Assembly (NCBI RefSeq): GCF_902652985.1
Contig: NC_047015.1
Coordinates: 45,136,001-45,200,000 of the forward strand
DNA length: 64,000 nucleotides
DNA from: Pecten maximus
Taxonomy: Eukaryota
Direction: 5' to 3'
Shown piece by piece: positions 13,251-28,859 of the stretch. A model generated the notes under the pieces. That model searched no databases. It was not told the origin of the DNA and saw nothing but the letters and a program-made list of their open reading frames with translations. The translations under genes were made by a program, and so were the position numbers. The stretch's first letter is position 1; the number at the start of each line of letters is the position of its first letter.

Positions 13251-13490
13251 AGGCTACCCCACTCCCCCTTAAACCTGAGTATCTAGGCTATCCCACTCCC
13301 CCTTAAACCTGAGTATCTAGGCTACTCCACTCCCCCTTAAACCTGAGTATCTAGGCTACCCCACTCCCCCTTAAACCTGAGTATCTAGACTACCCCACTC
13401 CCCCTTAAACCTGAGTATCTAGGCTACCCCACTCCCCCTTAAACCTGAGTATCTAAGCTACCCCATTCCCCCTTAAACCTGAGTATCTAG
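13251..13490. repeat. 34-bp C-rich minisatellite (AGGCTACCCCACTCCCCCTTAAACCTGAGTATCT), ~7 copies
   Basis: Near-identical units starting at 13251, 13285 and onward. Confidence 0.97.
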
Positions 13491-14399
13491 TGAAGAATGC
13501 TGCAGCAACACAACGAATGTCAAAGAAAACTACAAATGTGAATGGAGATTCATACTTTCTCTGGACAAAATGAAACATCACCGATTTAAAATATTTAAGA
13601 TAACTATTGTATATGATATATATATACTGTTTGTTACATTTTGTCAAATATTAATTGAAAAAAAGAGGCTCAACTATCTATATTATTCTACAAATAACGT
13701 AGAAAAAAACTTTAATTTTTTTTATAAAGTAACAGATAAGATTGATAATATGGAATAGTGTTCTAATTTGGTTCATACGACTGGTGTCTAACTAATATAT
13801 TAATATATTTCAGGATAAGGCTTATTAAAGTGGTTCAGATGTTAATAATTATTTTAATAAAATTTACTGTGAATCGATAAGCTACTGAGTAAGTTTAACA
13901 TTAAATAGTATATTTACCTAAGTGATTTACACAACTTTAATCCCACGGGGTTTCTGTGGTTTAAAATGATATTAATGTGAGGTGTAGTTAACTTACAGGA
14001 GGTTACATTTCATGTTAAGTAGAGTCCAAAATTATTTATGCTTTTTTGAAAAAAGCTCATATCAACAAACTATGAATTTTCAAATTACCTTTCAAAATGT
14101 CTAATATTGATATTGATAAGTACACTGAAATGTTTATCATTATTAAGCGTTTTAAACAGTTAATGTTGTAAACATTTTCCCTACATATTCATTATTGATC
14201 TTTTTATAATTTTGGAACAACAGGGATCAGACAATTGTCCTATTCTATAGTTATAATCAAGGGAATGATTGTACCGGTGCTGTATACTATAAGCTGTTTA
14301 TATTTATGATACAAACTATTTATTCAACACAGTACAACTACGACAGGAAATTTTAATAGTAACACAAATGACGCAGGAAGACAATCATATATAAAATAT

Positions 14400-16590
14400 T
14401 GATATATAACATACTACTTTATCAACACTAGTATATATATCATATAAGACATTTTACCAACACTTCTATATAAATATGATATGATATTTTACCAACACTA
14501 GCATATATATATTTGATATGACATTTACCAACATAAGTATGTATTCGATATGACATTTACCAACGCTAGTATAAATATGATATGATATTTTACCAACACT
14601 AGTATATATATGATATATTTACCAACACTAGTATATATATGATATGACATTTACCAGCACTAGTATATATATGATATGACATTTACCAACACTAGTATAT
14701 ATATGATATGACATTTACCAACACTAGTATATATATGATATGACATTTACCAACACTAGTATATATATGATATGACATTTACCAACACTAGTATATGTAT
14801 ATATATATATATGATATGACATTTACCAACATTAGTATATATATGATATGACATTTACCAACATTAGTATATATATGATATGACATTTACTAACACTGGT
14901 ATATATATGATATGACATTTACCAACACTGGTATATATATGATATGACATTTACCAACATTAGTATATATATGATATGACATTTACCAACACTGGTATAT
15001 ATATGATATGACAATTACCAACACTAGTATATATATGATATGACATTTACCAGCACTAGTATATATATGATATGTCATTTACCAGCACTAGTATATATAT
15101 GATATGACATTTACCAGCACTAGTATATATATATATGATATAAGACATGTACCAGCACTAGTATATATATGATACGACATTTACCAGCACTAGTATATAT
15201 ATGATATGACATTTACCAGCACTAGTATATATATGATATGACATTTACCAGCACTAGTATATATATATATGATATGACATGTACCAGCACTAGTATATAT
15301 ATGATACGACATTTACCAGCACTAGTATATATATATATGATATGACATTTACCAACACTGGTATATATATGATATGACATTTACCAGCACTAGTATATAT
15401 ATGATATAAATATATGATAAGACATTTACCAACACTAGTATATATATATATGATATAAGACATTTACCAACACTAGTATATATATATGATATAAGACATT
15501 TACCAACACTAGTATATATATGATATGACATTTACCAACACTAGTATAAATATGATATGACATTTACCAGCACTAGTATATATATATGATATGACATTTA
15601 CCAACACTGGTATATATATGATATGACATTTACCAACACTAGTATATATATGATAAGACATTTACCAGCACTAGTATATATATATGATATGACATTTATC
15701 AACACTAGTATATATATATATATATGATATGACATTTACCAACATAAGTATGTATATTTGATATGACATTTACCAACACTAGTATATATATGATAAGACA
15801 TTTACCAGCACTAGTATATATATGATATAAATATATGATAAGACATTTACCAACACTAGTATATATATATGATATGACATTTACCAGCACTAGTATATAT
15901 ATGATATGACATTTACCAACACTAGCATATATATATGATATGACATTTACCAACACTAGTATATATATATGATTTGACATTTACCAGCACTAGTATATAT
16001 ATATGATATTACATTTACCAAGACTGGTATATATATGATATGACATTTACCAACACTAGTATATATATATGATATGACATTTACCAACACTAGTATGTAT
16101 ATGATATGACATTTACCAACACTGGTATATATATGATATGACATTTACCAACACTGGTATATATATGATATGACATTTACCAACACTGGTATATATATGA
16201 TATGACATTTACCAACACTAGTATATATATGATATGACATTTACCAACACTAGTATATATATGATAAGACATTTACCAGCACTAGTATATATATGATATA
16301 AATATATGATAAGACATTTACCAACACTAGTATATATATATGATATGACATGTACCAACACTAGTATATATATATATATGATATGACATTTACCAACATA
16401 AGTATGTATATTTGATATGACATTTACCAGCACTAGTATATATATGATATGACATTTACCAACACTAGTATATATATATGATATGACATTTGCCAACACT
16501 AGTATATATATGATATAGGATATTAACCAACACTAGTATATATATATGATAAGACATTCACCAACACTAGTATATATATGATATAAGAGA
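14400..16590. repeat. ~32-bp minisatellite (ACATTTACCAACACTAG(TA)nTGATATG) with an embedded variable (TA)n tract
   Basis: ACATTTACCA at 14711, 14743 and onward. Unit length changes in 2-nt steps. Confidence 0.97.
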
Positions 16591-18364
16591 TTTTATATAG
16601 TTTTAGACCTGAACAAAAATGGTGTTCATCACATTATTATTTTTACCAGAGATGATAAACCAAGTGATAGGTAAGAGAGACCTCAGACATATAGTTTAGA
16701 CCTCGACAACAGGTAATATCTTTAATAAGGAGAGACAATGCGGACCATGAAATGCATCATTTGCGAGGCACATCAGCAATAAACACATAAAATACAAGAC
16801 AAAGATGATACAACAACACTTAATTCTAAATTCTAGTACGAACGTTAGAGCATACCCCGTCCACTGACCAATCTAGCTTTAAATAGGAATTAGAATCACT
16901 ATATCAGAAGTCTATATAATAATTGAATTATTTTTTTTTAAACAAGCACATAACAAAAAATGTTGTGTTTGGTATCAACGCCATCATAACAAATAATACG
17001 GATTGTACAAACAAGGTTATCAACAACTTTTAATTCACATAAATAGCAAATATATATATGCAACAAGGTGGGTCGACTTTGTTATGACGATTCGGCATCA
17101 TATACCCGTTTAACGGACCAATCCATAAGTAGTTACAGAATATCATGTTTCTCTTATATGTGAATAAATTCTAAAAATAATCGATCAGTGATCTACTATG
17201 GAAGGTTCATTGTTCGAAATAATTTCAGGAGTTACACAGTGTGTGGACGATTCGGCAAGGCAATCCGTCTCTAAACACGTCATACCTATTAACTTCATGA
17301 GCCTCGTTTTCAGCCGTTGCGTATTTAACCCCTTTACACGTGATTTATGTTGCTGACGTCATTCAAAATGTAGTCAGCTATAGTGCGATGACAGCCCCAC
17401 CTATATACCAAAGGATCGTAAACAGAATTAATCTGAAAATAAGGAATGTTGATTAATTAAGTAATTTCCTGTTACATAAGCTCCTGGTTAATGAAAATGA
17501 TTACAACAAACTTAAAATATTCCAAACAAAACTTTGTGATATACTTACAGGCATTTGAAATTGGAGCTAAAATCAGAGATGGCTTAACTATTCCAGAGTA
17601 TTAGGTTCATCAATAAACATATTGTTTTTTTCTGTTGCTATATTATGTTAAATGTAGGAGTATTAATATTTTACTCTTTCAATATATTTCATGAAATATC
17701 TTTCTCACAAATATTGTTCATTTCTATATACAAAGCATTTTCTTTAAAAAAAATCATATTGATTTCAAAAATAAAATATATTGTCTGGTAAATTACAGCT
17801 AAATTTGACTAAAGGAGTACATCATATCAATTTGTAACTAAAATGAAATTGAAAACAACATGAATACAGTCGATAATGTAACAGGTATATTTGTGGTATT
17901 TGCCATTTTATTTTACCCTGCAACACAATCATATGAATAATTGACAAATATCAACAGGCCGTCGTTCATGTTTGGTTATTACAATAGATTAAAAACTTTG
18001 ATAAACAATCCTCTTTGATCAAAGGTGCTAACACTTTTTATATGTCTAAACAAGTTCAAAACCTGTTGCAAGGTTGAATATAATATTATTAATAATAAGT
18101 AACAATTTTGTCAAGGAGAGATGAGATAGGAAAACAATGACAAACGCGACGTAAAGACCCTCCTTGAATGATCATAGATATTGATTGGACGTTCAAAACT
18201 GGCCAAAGCAAACCACATAGGAACTAATGATGTATTAGCACAATGGGAAATGCCGCTACTGGAATGACAGCAAAAAGAACATTGTATGTACTAAAACAGA
18301 GGGAAACGCGATAATAAAAAATGAGCAATTACAACACAACGGTACAGGACATCAACATGATATT

Positions 18365-19695
18365 AAGAAACACGGAAACGATGACAAATACAACGACAGG
18401 AACTGAGGAAATATGAAAACAATGAGAAAGTCAGCAACAGGAACTGAGGAGATACGAAAACAATGGAAAAGTCAGCAACAGGAACTAAGGATATACGAAA
18501 ACAATTGAAAAGACAGCAACAGGAACTGTGGAGATACGAAAACAATGGAAAAGTCAGCAACAGGAATCGAGGAGATACGGAACTGGGGAGATACGAACAC
18601 AATGGTGAAGTCAGCAACACCAACTGGGGAGATACGAAAACAATTGAAAAGACAGCAACAGGAACTGAGGAGATACGAAAACAATGGAAAAGTCAGCAAC
18701 AGAAACTGGTGAGATACGAAAACAATGGTAAAGTTAGCAACAGGAACTGAGGAGATACGAAAACAATGGAAAATTCAGCACAGGAACTGTGGAGATACGA
18801 AAACAATGGTAAAGTCAGCAACAGGAACTAAGTAGATACGAAAAGAATGGTAAAGTCAGCAACAGGATCTGGGGAGATACGAAAACATTGGTAAAGTAAG
18901 CAACAGGAACTGAGGAGATACGAAAACAATGGTAAAGTCACCAACAGGAACTGAGGAGATACGAAAACATTGGTAAAGACAGCAAAAGGAACTGAGGAGA
19001 TACGAAAACATTGGTAAAGTCTGCAACAGGAACTGAGGAGATACGAAAACAATGGTAAAGTCAGTAACAGGAACTGAGGAGATACGAAAACATTGATAAA
19101 GTCAGCAACAGGAACTGAGGAGATACGAAAACAATGGTAAAGTCAGTAACAGGAACTGAGGAGATACGAAAACATTGGTAAAGTCAGCAAAACGAACTGA
19201 GGAGATACGAAAACATTTGTAAAGTCAGCAACAGGAACTGGGGAGATACGAAAACATTGGTAAAGTCAGCTACATGAACTAAGGAGATACGAAAACAATG
19301 GTAAAATCAGCTACATGAACTGAGGAGATACGAAAACAATGGTAAAATCAGCAACATGAACTGAGGAGATACGAAAACATTTGTAAAGTCAGCAAAACAA
19401 ACTGAGGAGATACGAAAACATTTTTAAAGTCAGCAACAGAAACTGGGGAGATACGAAAACAATGTTAAAGTCAGCAACAGGAACTGAGGAGATACGAAAA
19501 CAATGGAAAAATCAGCAACAGGAACTGAGGAGATACGAAAACAATGGTAAAGTCAGCAACATGAACTGAGAAGATACGAAAACATTTGTCAAGTCAGCAA
19601 CAGGAACTGAGGAGATACGAAAACATTGGTAAAGTCAGCAACAGGAACTGGGGAGATACGAAAACAATGGAAAAGTCAGCAACAGGAACTGAGAA
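18365..19695. repeat. 41-bp purine-rich minisatellite (GAGGAGATACGAAAACAATGGTAAAGTCAGCAACAGGAACT), ~32 copies
   Basis: Direct periodicity with a degenerate left edge. Confidence 0.97.
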
Positions 19696-22600
19696 AGACA
19701 TGCGATAAGAAACTTTCATTCCTTATAAGCTACCTTATACACTGAAAAGATAAAAATTCAGAAACATTCTCTGGCTGGCTTTGATCTCTCTAGGATTGGT
19801 CAATTATCTTTCCATTACAATTTTAGATTCGATTCTTAGATAATATAAGAAAAGCTTCTCATATCATGTGTTTAACTTTTGTTTAGTTTTTATTTATTAT
19901 GAAATTTCAAATCCCGTTTTTTCCCACTGAAAACAATCGCATATGCCCCACATAATATGTTATTTGTTAACTCAAAGCTTATTAATAATATATGTAGATA
20001 TATACAGTATATGATAAATTTCAGATAATATCCAGTTTAACAAATGTGATAGGGATTTTACTTTAAATTGCAGACACTCCATCCAGGTGTTGAGTTAAAA
20101 TAATCTTATTTGTTACGAGACAAGTTTCAACACACAGCGAAAATCAAATATCAAATCTCATTTTAGACAAACACGACTTCAATCTTTAAAACGTAAATTT
20201 TGTATATGGCAACGATAAAGATATCCTGCGTGATATATCTAGTCTATTTATAACATTATCGCTACCAAAAAGGTTGTCTCTTAACTTTTAAATGAATTTT
20301 TATCGTGTATGAAAACGAGTCATTTTTTTTTCAAATTAAGATGTTTTTCTTTATTTTAAAGGTGTCTTAAATCTTCCCTTGCCGATATTGGCTTTAGGAT
20401 TCCATTGAAGTATGTGTCTATAACTCTACTATAAGAGATATTTAAAATATTTAAAGTTAAACCATAACAAGCTTAAGGGTTGCCACAGTGAATATTTACT
20501 TCAAAACAAAATGATAAGAAGGGGCATGTTTTACTATAAATATCTCAACACAAATACTGCTGTCCATTTAGTTCAGCTTAAAAACATACCTGATATGAAT
20601 ACCGTCTGACTAAATTAAGTAGGTTTCATGTGTATATGAAACAATGTTTAAAAACTGTTTGATTAAATGCTACTAACAGCAATTTTACAAAAAATAAACT
20701 TCTTCAAAAAATGTTAATCCGTACATGAAAAAGAAATGACACGGAAAAAATGTTTTGCCGCTCTCCACTGGATTGTTAAGTGTAAAGGAGAGTTCAATAC
20801 TAGTATAGTAAAGCATAAGAGATAGTTTTTAATCAGTCTGATTGAAAGTATGCTTTCACAATAAACACAATGGCGGTTAACGAAGGGAAACATCAAGATA
20901 ACACATTCGTGAAATTAATTCATTTTATAAACATATGGAGTCTTAAATGTTTAATACAAATTTGTTAAAGCTCGTTAAGGTTTTCAAACGGTATGTTATC
21001 TTGTGGCTTACGTGAATCTTACCACTGAATGTGACTGGTGAGAGCGAACCACCACAGGGCACCATATTCTATTTCCTGACGTTTGGATGTTTTCGATAAT
21101 GGTTTAAACTTGATCATTGTCGCGATGTAGATCTACTAGCGCCAGAGTATGTACAGGTGAGAAAATACCCACTCCCTGTGGTGAAATTAATCAGGTTTCT
21201 AGCGGGTGAGATGATGTTCCTGAGAAGCTACTAGGGGTGACATAAATGGATATATATTGTACAGTATAATCCTAACAAGCCCTTTTTATAATACGGCTTT
21301 CATTTCTAGTCAAGTGAGCAAGTGCTGTTGAAATCCGCTCAATTAAGTACCTGCACAATACAAATCCCCCTCTACAATTGCTTTATATGTTTATTAATTA
21401 ATACAAATTTTAAAGAGAAACACTGGCGTCCAAGTTTTCCCAACCGCATATGCTATTAAAATATTGTGATCCTAGTTTACACCTGAGTGCGTTTTTCTTA
21501 TGAGTGCCTGCTGTCGGTGTGTAGAGCCACCCCCCGTTATCAGCTACATCTATACACTGGTGTTCAACTATTTCATTATATCGCGGTTTTGGTGGAACGT
21601 TTAAACTGACTTTCTCTTTTTCATAAAATATAATGTAAACTGCCAATGATTCAGCATAATTAAGTTAGCAAAATATTCATCTTTATTGCTTCCATAAAAA
21701 GCTGTAGTGTGAGTATTTCACTTCAAAGCTATTAGAAATACAATATATATGAAAATGTTGTCAAGATGAAAGCTTTCTCGACTCCAGGAAAGTGGAGGTT
21801 GATGCAGGACTGGGCTCTGTCATTAGTTATCAAGAAAGGGAAAATTCCTTATCATATTTATAATCATAACTTCACAGGTGTGTTGTAAATAACACAACAT
21901 CTAAAATGATACATTTATCTGAAAGGCACCTCCATAAGGTGACCAGCTATTAAAATGAAATGGTTATAAAATATGAAATATTCGAAAAATACCAATATAC
22001 ATATATACAAATGGAACAAGATATGAAATATATCAACAGAATTACTAAGTGATGCCTACAACATTATGGTAATTTAAGAAATGACGTGGCATTCGTTCTG
22101 TGTTCCCAGAATAAGTGTTCATATGTCAAAGGTTTTTGATAGTTGTATTTGGTGAAATTATATCTTTATCTGACATTTCAATGTGGACGTAATTTCTCGT
22201 TTCGTCTTTAAAACTGTGAATTTTATTAAACATATTTCATACTTTGAAGATAGATTCTTGTTCCTATTACAATTACTTGATTTTTTAAACATTAAGTAGA
22301 AAAGACAAATATTTGAAAATTCTAGATTTCAGTTATGTAATCTTGATAATCTAACAAAGATTTGTAGATAAGACATTTTCCATGCTACATCAATATCTCA
22401 CTTAGGTTAATATGCAATTGAATTTGCTATATTTGTGTGGTCCATTGCATTAGCCAAGCTAGAGTTATTTTCAACTTTCCGTTTACAGCCATGTTATCCC
22501 TTACTTCACTTGCAAATCAATTACTAACTTTGTAGATCTGATCATAGTGTTTTCATGAGTCTGGTCGTGGATCAGGGATCACACTGATTAAGAAATCTCC

Positions 22601-25600
22601 CGTCATCTAAGCTAGCTTTATCAAATGTCTCTTTCCAAAGAAATTTATGGACCATTTCAGATCCTTAGATTGAATCTGCAGTTAAGCTAACCAGTACTGA
22701 ATACAACCATATTTCAATTTATAATCCTGTTGCATAAAATATATAGCAACAAGTCTATTACGAGGAGATATGGAGAAGCGTAGTGCAGTCAGGTGTGGGC
22801 CTGGGACAATGGTCCTTAGTGGGATGTGTCGGCCCGTTTCAATGACCACCATGCCTCGTTGCTGGTGTAATGGAATCTTCAGAAGTAACCATTACATGGA
22901 GCACTTCCTAGCCTAAATAGAGAGCATGTAAGCGATTAATTGCATCAAAACGGTAAAAAGTCCGTTATATTTGGTTGGTATATTAGCCCCTCCCAGCCAC
23001 ACTTTGTAACGCACCTCTTGTCTACACCTATATAAACATCCCTTCCCAGACGGTATGCCACTGAGCATGATATTGCCAGTATATTAAGTTAGATTGTTAT
23101 CAATTTAGAGTGTTTATCTCATGCAACAAGTGTATTGATAAAGAGGAGGAAGACGGAACCATAATGATGCTGAAACGTTGTAATTATCACCTGACTTCTG
23201 ATACCTTTTGCCATGTTCTCACCTTTTGCATGATGATTTGTCGTTTTTTCAGCAATTCCAGGGTATGCTTCTCCTTGATTACGGAAGAAACATTTGTAGA
23301 ATCTGTACAATGACATACGAATTAACCTTTTGACAACGCTGATGGAAGTTTCGGCGCCGTATTTCCTACAATTACCTTTGTGAATTAAGGGTACGTTTGT
23401 ATCTTCAAAAATATACATGACTTTGTCGTTCTCTGCTTAACTGTACATTGTTTCTAATTACCAGGGAAAGTAAGCCTAGAAAGATAAGATGAGTGGGATC
23501 CGGTACGTGTGTGACTAGCGAGCGTTTTGTGTGGACCAGCAACACAGACAGCAACTCGTTAGCTATCTGTATCCGTCAGGCATGCAGACGAAACAACATT
23601 GAGACCGAGAATAACGAATGACTCTCTGATAAACATCAGGTAGAATACCTACATGGTTCAGGATTAAACAGCTTCCCGTTTACGATAGAAACGCACGACG
23701 AACTCGGACAAACCCACCTCACGTGGAATCGCCTTACGAAAAATTTATTTGTAACAATCTTTCTCTGGATGATGTCAACGAACAGGAAACTTAAATATCT
23801 TATTTTTGGAAAGTAATAATTATTGATGTTGAAATTGTTTCCTATATAATTTATAAAAATATAATGTTAAGTTAACAAATCAAATTAAGAAACATTTACT
23901 AGATATCCAACACACACATATATAACTACACCGTTATTAATTATTGTATTAGTTTGGATTGCTATTTTTAAAGGCGCAACTCTTTATCATTCATATCCTT
24001 AAAAATACAAGAAGTTGAAATATATTTTATCAAATATATTCAGGAAGGTGTGGAATCCATCAGATTATTAATTAATTAACGACGACAGTCGTGGATAGAG
24101 GTCATTTTCGTATCGTCATCATACAAATCCGCACAGTACAATACTCTATTGAATATATACCAAACAGAACATGAATATGGTGAAAAATGAATTACTAATT
24201 ACTGATGCTATAGAGGTCCCTAAATGGACGTCCATGTTGAAATTACAGCGAAGAGAGTACCAACAGGTATACTTAAATACAAATTAAAATGAGTGATGTG
24301 TACTTTTGACTTGAGACTCCCCTTTCAGTAATTATATCGTATTCAAGCTTCACACGATTTTCTATAAATACTGAGAAATCTGCTTCGTTACTAGACAGTA
24401 CATACGCGTGCTTGGGTCATGACAAGAAGCAATTACATTTCTTTTGATGTTTTTATTTTGACTAACTTTTCTAATGTTACAGTATATATAATGCTTTACA
24501 GACTTGCTTTGACAGCCGCAGAGTCAACACATTATGCAAAGGTGTTAGGGGTGAACGTTATATTATGTAAACTAACACCTTGTGCTTGTGATCAACTTTG
24601 ATGAATGTAGGGAAAGGCAAAATATTTTCATTAAAGATTTCTTCCAAAAATTCCTTTTGGATACAATTATTTTCTTTTTCAGCAAAGTAATTCGAATTTA
24701 AAATTGTATTCAATAATCAATCTTCCAGTTAAAAAATATGCAGAAAGTTTTCTCCGTACTCTAATTACTTCGAATGTCAGCGTGCTGACTTCTGTAATTT
24801 ATCACACAGTATTGATAGACTGAATGCGAGGTAGCTCTCATTTCCATTAGTACTGGCACTTGAAAGCCTAATGGAGCGTACAGAGCTTTTCTCTAAATAC
24901 CATCTTGTGCTTTTAAAGATGCTGTGTTATATTCCCCTGCGGCAAAGCTACTCCGGCAAAGTATAAGAGGAAGACAAGGGCAAAGCAACGGCAGCTGGGG
25001 AAAGTCGGGTGACAGAGCTAGGTGTATATGTCGTTAGAGACAGGTGTGAGCGAGTATTGGCCCTAATTACGATTGATGACCATCTACTAGTTGTAAAGTG
25101 GTCAGATTGTTATCTTCATTTGCGTGAAAAAGGCAAGGTTTACACGTGATTCGTGCTTAAGTTAAGCTTTTAACATGCGGGTATTATCTTCATAACCCTT
25201 CTGAGATATCATCACTAAAAACTGTTTAAATTATCGAATGTTTATGTTTTGCGATATTTAAATAATGAAGTTAGTGTATCATATATCAGTTTTATAATGG
25301 ATTACTCCGTTGCAGTGCATTTAATGAGATATGGCTCTCATTATTGATTAAAATTTAACTGAAATAAATTTATTCAGATGCCATAAAAGTAATTTTAGAA
25401 CTTAATGCATCAAATCTGACTTCGGTTGGTGATGGGCATGTGTATTAACCTACTAGCTGATTCTTTATCGAATTTTATTTTTTGTAAGTGATGCATCTGT
25501 TTTCAGATAAGGCCGTTAATTCTTTGTAACTTTTCCGTCTAAATGTAGTATAAATTCGAAACGTTAATTCAGCATTTTGTACTAATGTGATAAAATATTG

Positions 25601-27049
25601 TTGTCTGATACGATTTATCAAACGAATATCCTGATAAATGTTCCAAATATTTTTGTTTATTTACAAATATTAAACTACACGAAATTGGAGTGTTTACCTA
25701 TGATGGATTAATATCAATGTTATAAAAATGTATTTATCGCCTTGTTTATTATATTCTGATCAGTTCCGGTAGAGATTCCCGCAGCAGGACTTGCCTGTTT
25801 ATTCCCTGTGTGTTATGCAGTCTCCATGTGGACAGATACGGACACCTGTACATGTGCCAATGTTGCTGTCTGCAAATGACCCAGGTGATAACAATTATCC
25901 ATCGTGTCTAACGTAATTGTAGAATTCAAATATGAATACAATAATAAAACATTTTCTCATTAATAGTTGGAGTTTGATGCGACAGGAATATTCCGCGGGG
26001 TGTATGATATTAAATAACAATTGTGTTTGATGTATTATGGACTGCAGTCTGTTAGAAGTTTACTTTTTGCTCTACGTTACAAACCACCTGCTGAAGGTGA
26101 AGTCCCCTCCTTTGATGAGGGAGTCGGGAGAGCCTTAGAAGGACTCTTTGTTATTTTGGTTGCAGCTTGTTTCTCATAACATCTAGTTTCATATCATCTA
26201 GCATCATATGAAAAAGCAAACTGGTATTTGATGGCTTTCTTTAAAACAGCAACAGAATAATATGTTTACGAAATAAATTTTCAGTTTGAAGTTTTGCATG
26301 TTACTGCTCACTGAAAAACTCGATGTAATGGAATTCCTTTTGATGTAGTTATCTGTCATCTGCTGTTTCTTAGTTGACTGTTTTTAATGGCGTCTCAGTT
26401 AAACGTGACGACAACTCAGACTACGTAAAGACACAGGCTGACAAATCTACACCAACAAAAACACTGTCCATAGGGATTATCTATGAGAATTGATGGATAA
26501 GACTTTCTCTATAGTTTTTTTCCGAGTATATAGGACCTTTTGTCGCTAGGATAAAAACGCGCTGCTCTTTTAATATCTAGCTGATATTACTTACACTTCT
26601 ATATATGCTACTGAAGTGAAATGTCCGTCCGGAAAAAACTAGTCCGACAGTTACATACAAAACCTTCGAGTTTTTTTCCCTATCGGTTTGGTGTAGCATG
26701 AATGATCTACACAGATTTATAGTCTAACAGCCTAGTGATACAGAAGTTATATGTGTCTCTCCTCTGAACCTTATCGAATATAAACGACGTCAGGTTGGTC
26801 TTACTTTCTCGTGAATAACAAAAGAATTATCCTGTTTTAATTCTTTTTCAATACAATTCCGTTATATATTCAAACAGAAATAATATTTTACTTCATATCA
26901 GTTTTTTTTGGTAAATCAAAACAACATAGACACCTATATAGATATAGTGTACGTCAAATGAACGTTATTTATTAGCGATTGCAACTAATATATTTGCATA
27001 ATTTTCCGAAATTTGTATTGTGGTTTTATAGCGTATATGAAATAGAGGA

Positions 27050-27640
27050 CCATAACAATATTATTAAAATATCATATCAAGATTATCATAATATCATAAC
27101 AATATCATGGCAATATTATAAGAATATCATAACAACATATAACATTATTATAGCAATATACAACCAAATGTATAACAATAACATGATGATGTTAAAACGA
27201 AATCATAACAATATCATAACAGTATCATAAAATATCACAGCAATATCATAACAATATCATAGATTATCAAAACAATACTATATCATTATCATATCAATAT
27301 CATAAAATATCACAGCGATATCATAACAATATCATGACAATAAATATTATGAAAATATAACAATATCATAGAAATATCAAAACAATACTATAGTATTATA
27401 TCAATATCATAAAATATCACAGCAATATCATAACAATGTCATGACAATATCATGACAATATCATAACAATATCATAGAAATATCAAAACAATACTATAGC
27501 ATTATCATATCAATATCATGATAATACCATAGCAATATCACAACAGCATATACCATTATAATTACAAAATCATAACAAAACTAAAACAATATTATATCAA
27601 TTTCAAAACAACATTATAACAATTTCATTACAATGTAATA
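27050..27640. repeat. Degenerate 11-bp repeat (AACAATATCAT)n
   Basis: Recurrent CAATATCATAA / CAATATCATGA units. Confidence 0.85.
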
Positions 27641-27789
27641 ACTTCATATCGTTATTAAGAAGAACTCTATAATCACGCTGATTACGTCCAGGGGGTCTTC
27701 TAAACAGCTGATGGGTTGTTAATCTGATTAAACATTTGGGGAAAATGTTGAAATGAAAATTAGTGCACGTTATTATAAATACCTACATA

Positions 27790-28340
27790 TCACAAGTTAA
27801 GTTATTAACATGTTAAGTTATTCACACGTTAAGTTATTCACAGGTTAAGTTATTCACTGGTTAAGTTATCCACAGGTTAGGTTATTCAAATGTTGCGTTA
27901 TTCACAGGTAAAGTTATTCACAAGTTATGTTATTCACAGGTTAAGTTATCCACTGGGTAAGTTATTCACACGTGAAGTTATTCCCTTGTAAAAATATTCA
28001 CAGGTTAAGTTTTTCACAGATTAAGTTATTCACAAGTTATGTTATTTACAGGTTAAGTTATCCACAGGTTAAGTTATTCACAGGTTAATTTATTCACAGG
28101 TAAGTTATCCACAGGTTAAGTTATCCACAGGTTAAGTTATTCACAGGTAAGTTATCCACAGGTTAAGTTATCCACAGGTAAGTTATTCACAGGTTAAGTT
28201 ATCCACAGGTTGAATTATTCACAGGTAAATTTATCCACAGGTTGAATTATTCACAGGTTAAGTTATCCACAGGTTAAGATGTTCACAGGTTAAGTTATCC
28301 ACAGGTTAAGATGTTCACAGGTTAAGATATTCACAGGTAT
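27790..28340. repeat. 15/16-bp minisatellite (TTAT[T/C]CACAGGTTAAG)
   Basis: Direct periodicity. TTATCCACA occurs at 27866, 28058, 28105, 28121, 28152, 28168, 28199, 28231, 28263 and 28295. Confidence 0.95.
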
Positions 28341-28859
28341 TGCCCTTGTTATACTATATTACAATTGCATGATAATATGCTTATACACGGTACATAATTT
28401 TTTTTTCTAAAAGAGGTTAACACTTGGTAACTGTAGTGATAAATGCAATGTGTTTACACAGTGAATAGCATCATTTTCCTATATAGTGACGTATGTTCAT
28501 TTTATTTACATTAAATAACATATAAGATTATCTGGTTAATATATAATGCAACATGAACACAATCTTAAAAGTATACACGATATTGTATATAATTAGTACA
28601 TTTATTTTGTTTTCTATTAAATTAATTTTAGTTAAAGTTTGTAAAGGCCAGTGGGTTTGGTAGGTAGGGGGTTCCCAATCACCTGATCTCTGTGCTATTA
28701 ATTTTACAATCTAAATTTATAATTAGAAATTAACTGTTTTAAAAGCTTTCGTGATAACATTGAATGCCTTTTATTTGGAAAAATGATATTATTTTATTGC
28801 TCTTACTTATACTGTATAGTCTGAAATGATATTTGTGATATATTTAAGTGTTTATTCTA

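Noticed and set aside
20900-26200. GC-richer islands with E-box and TAAT motifs as Pax2/5/8 enhancers
   Set aside because: Plausible in a gene desert, but short motifs alone are not evidence without conservation or chromatin data.
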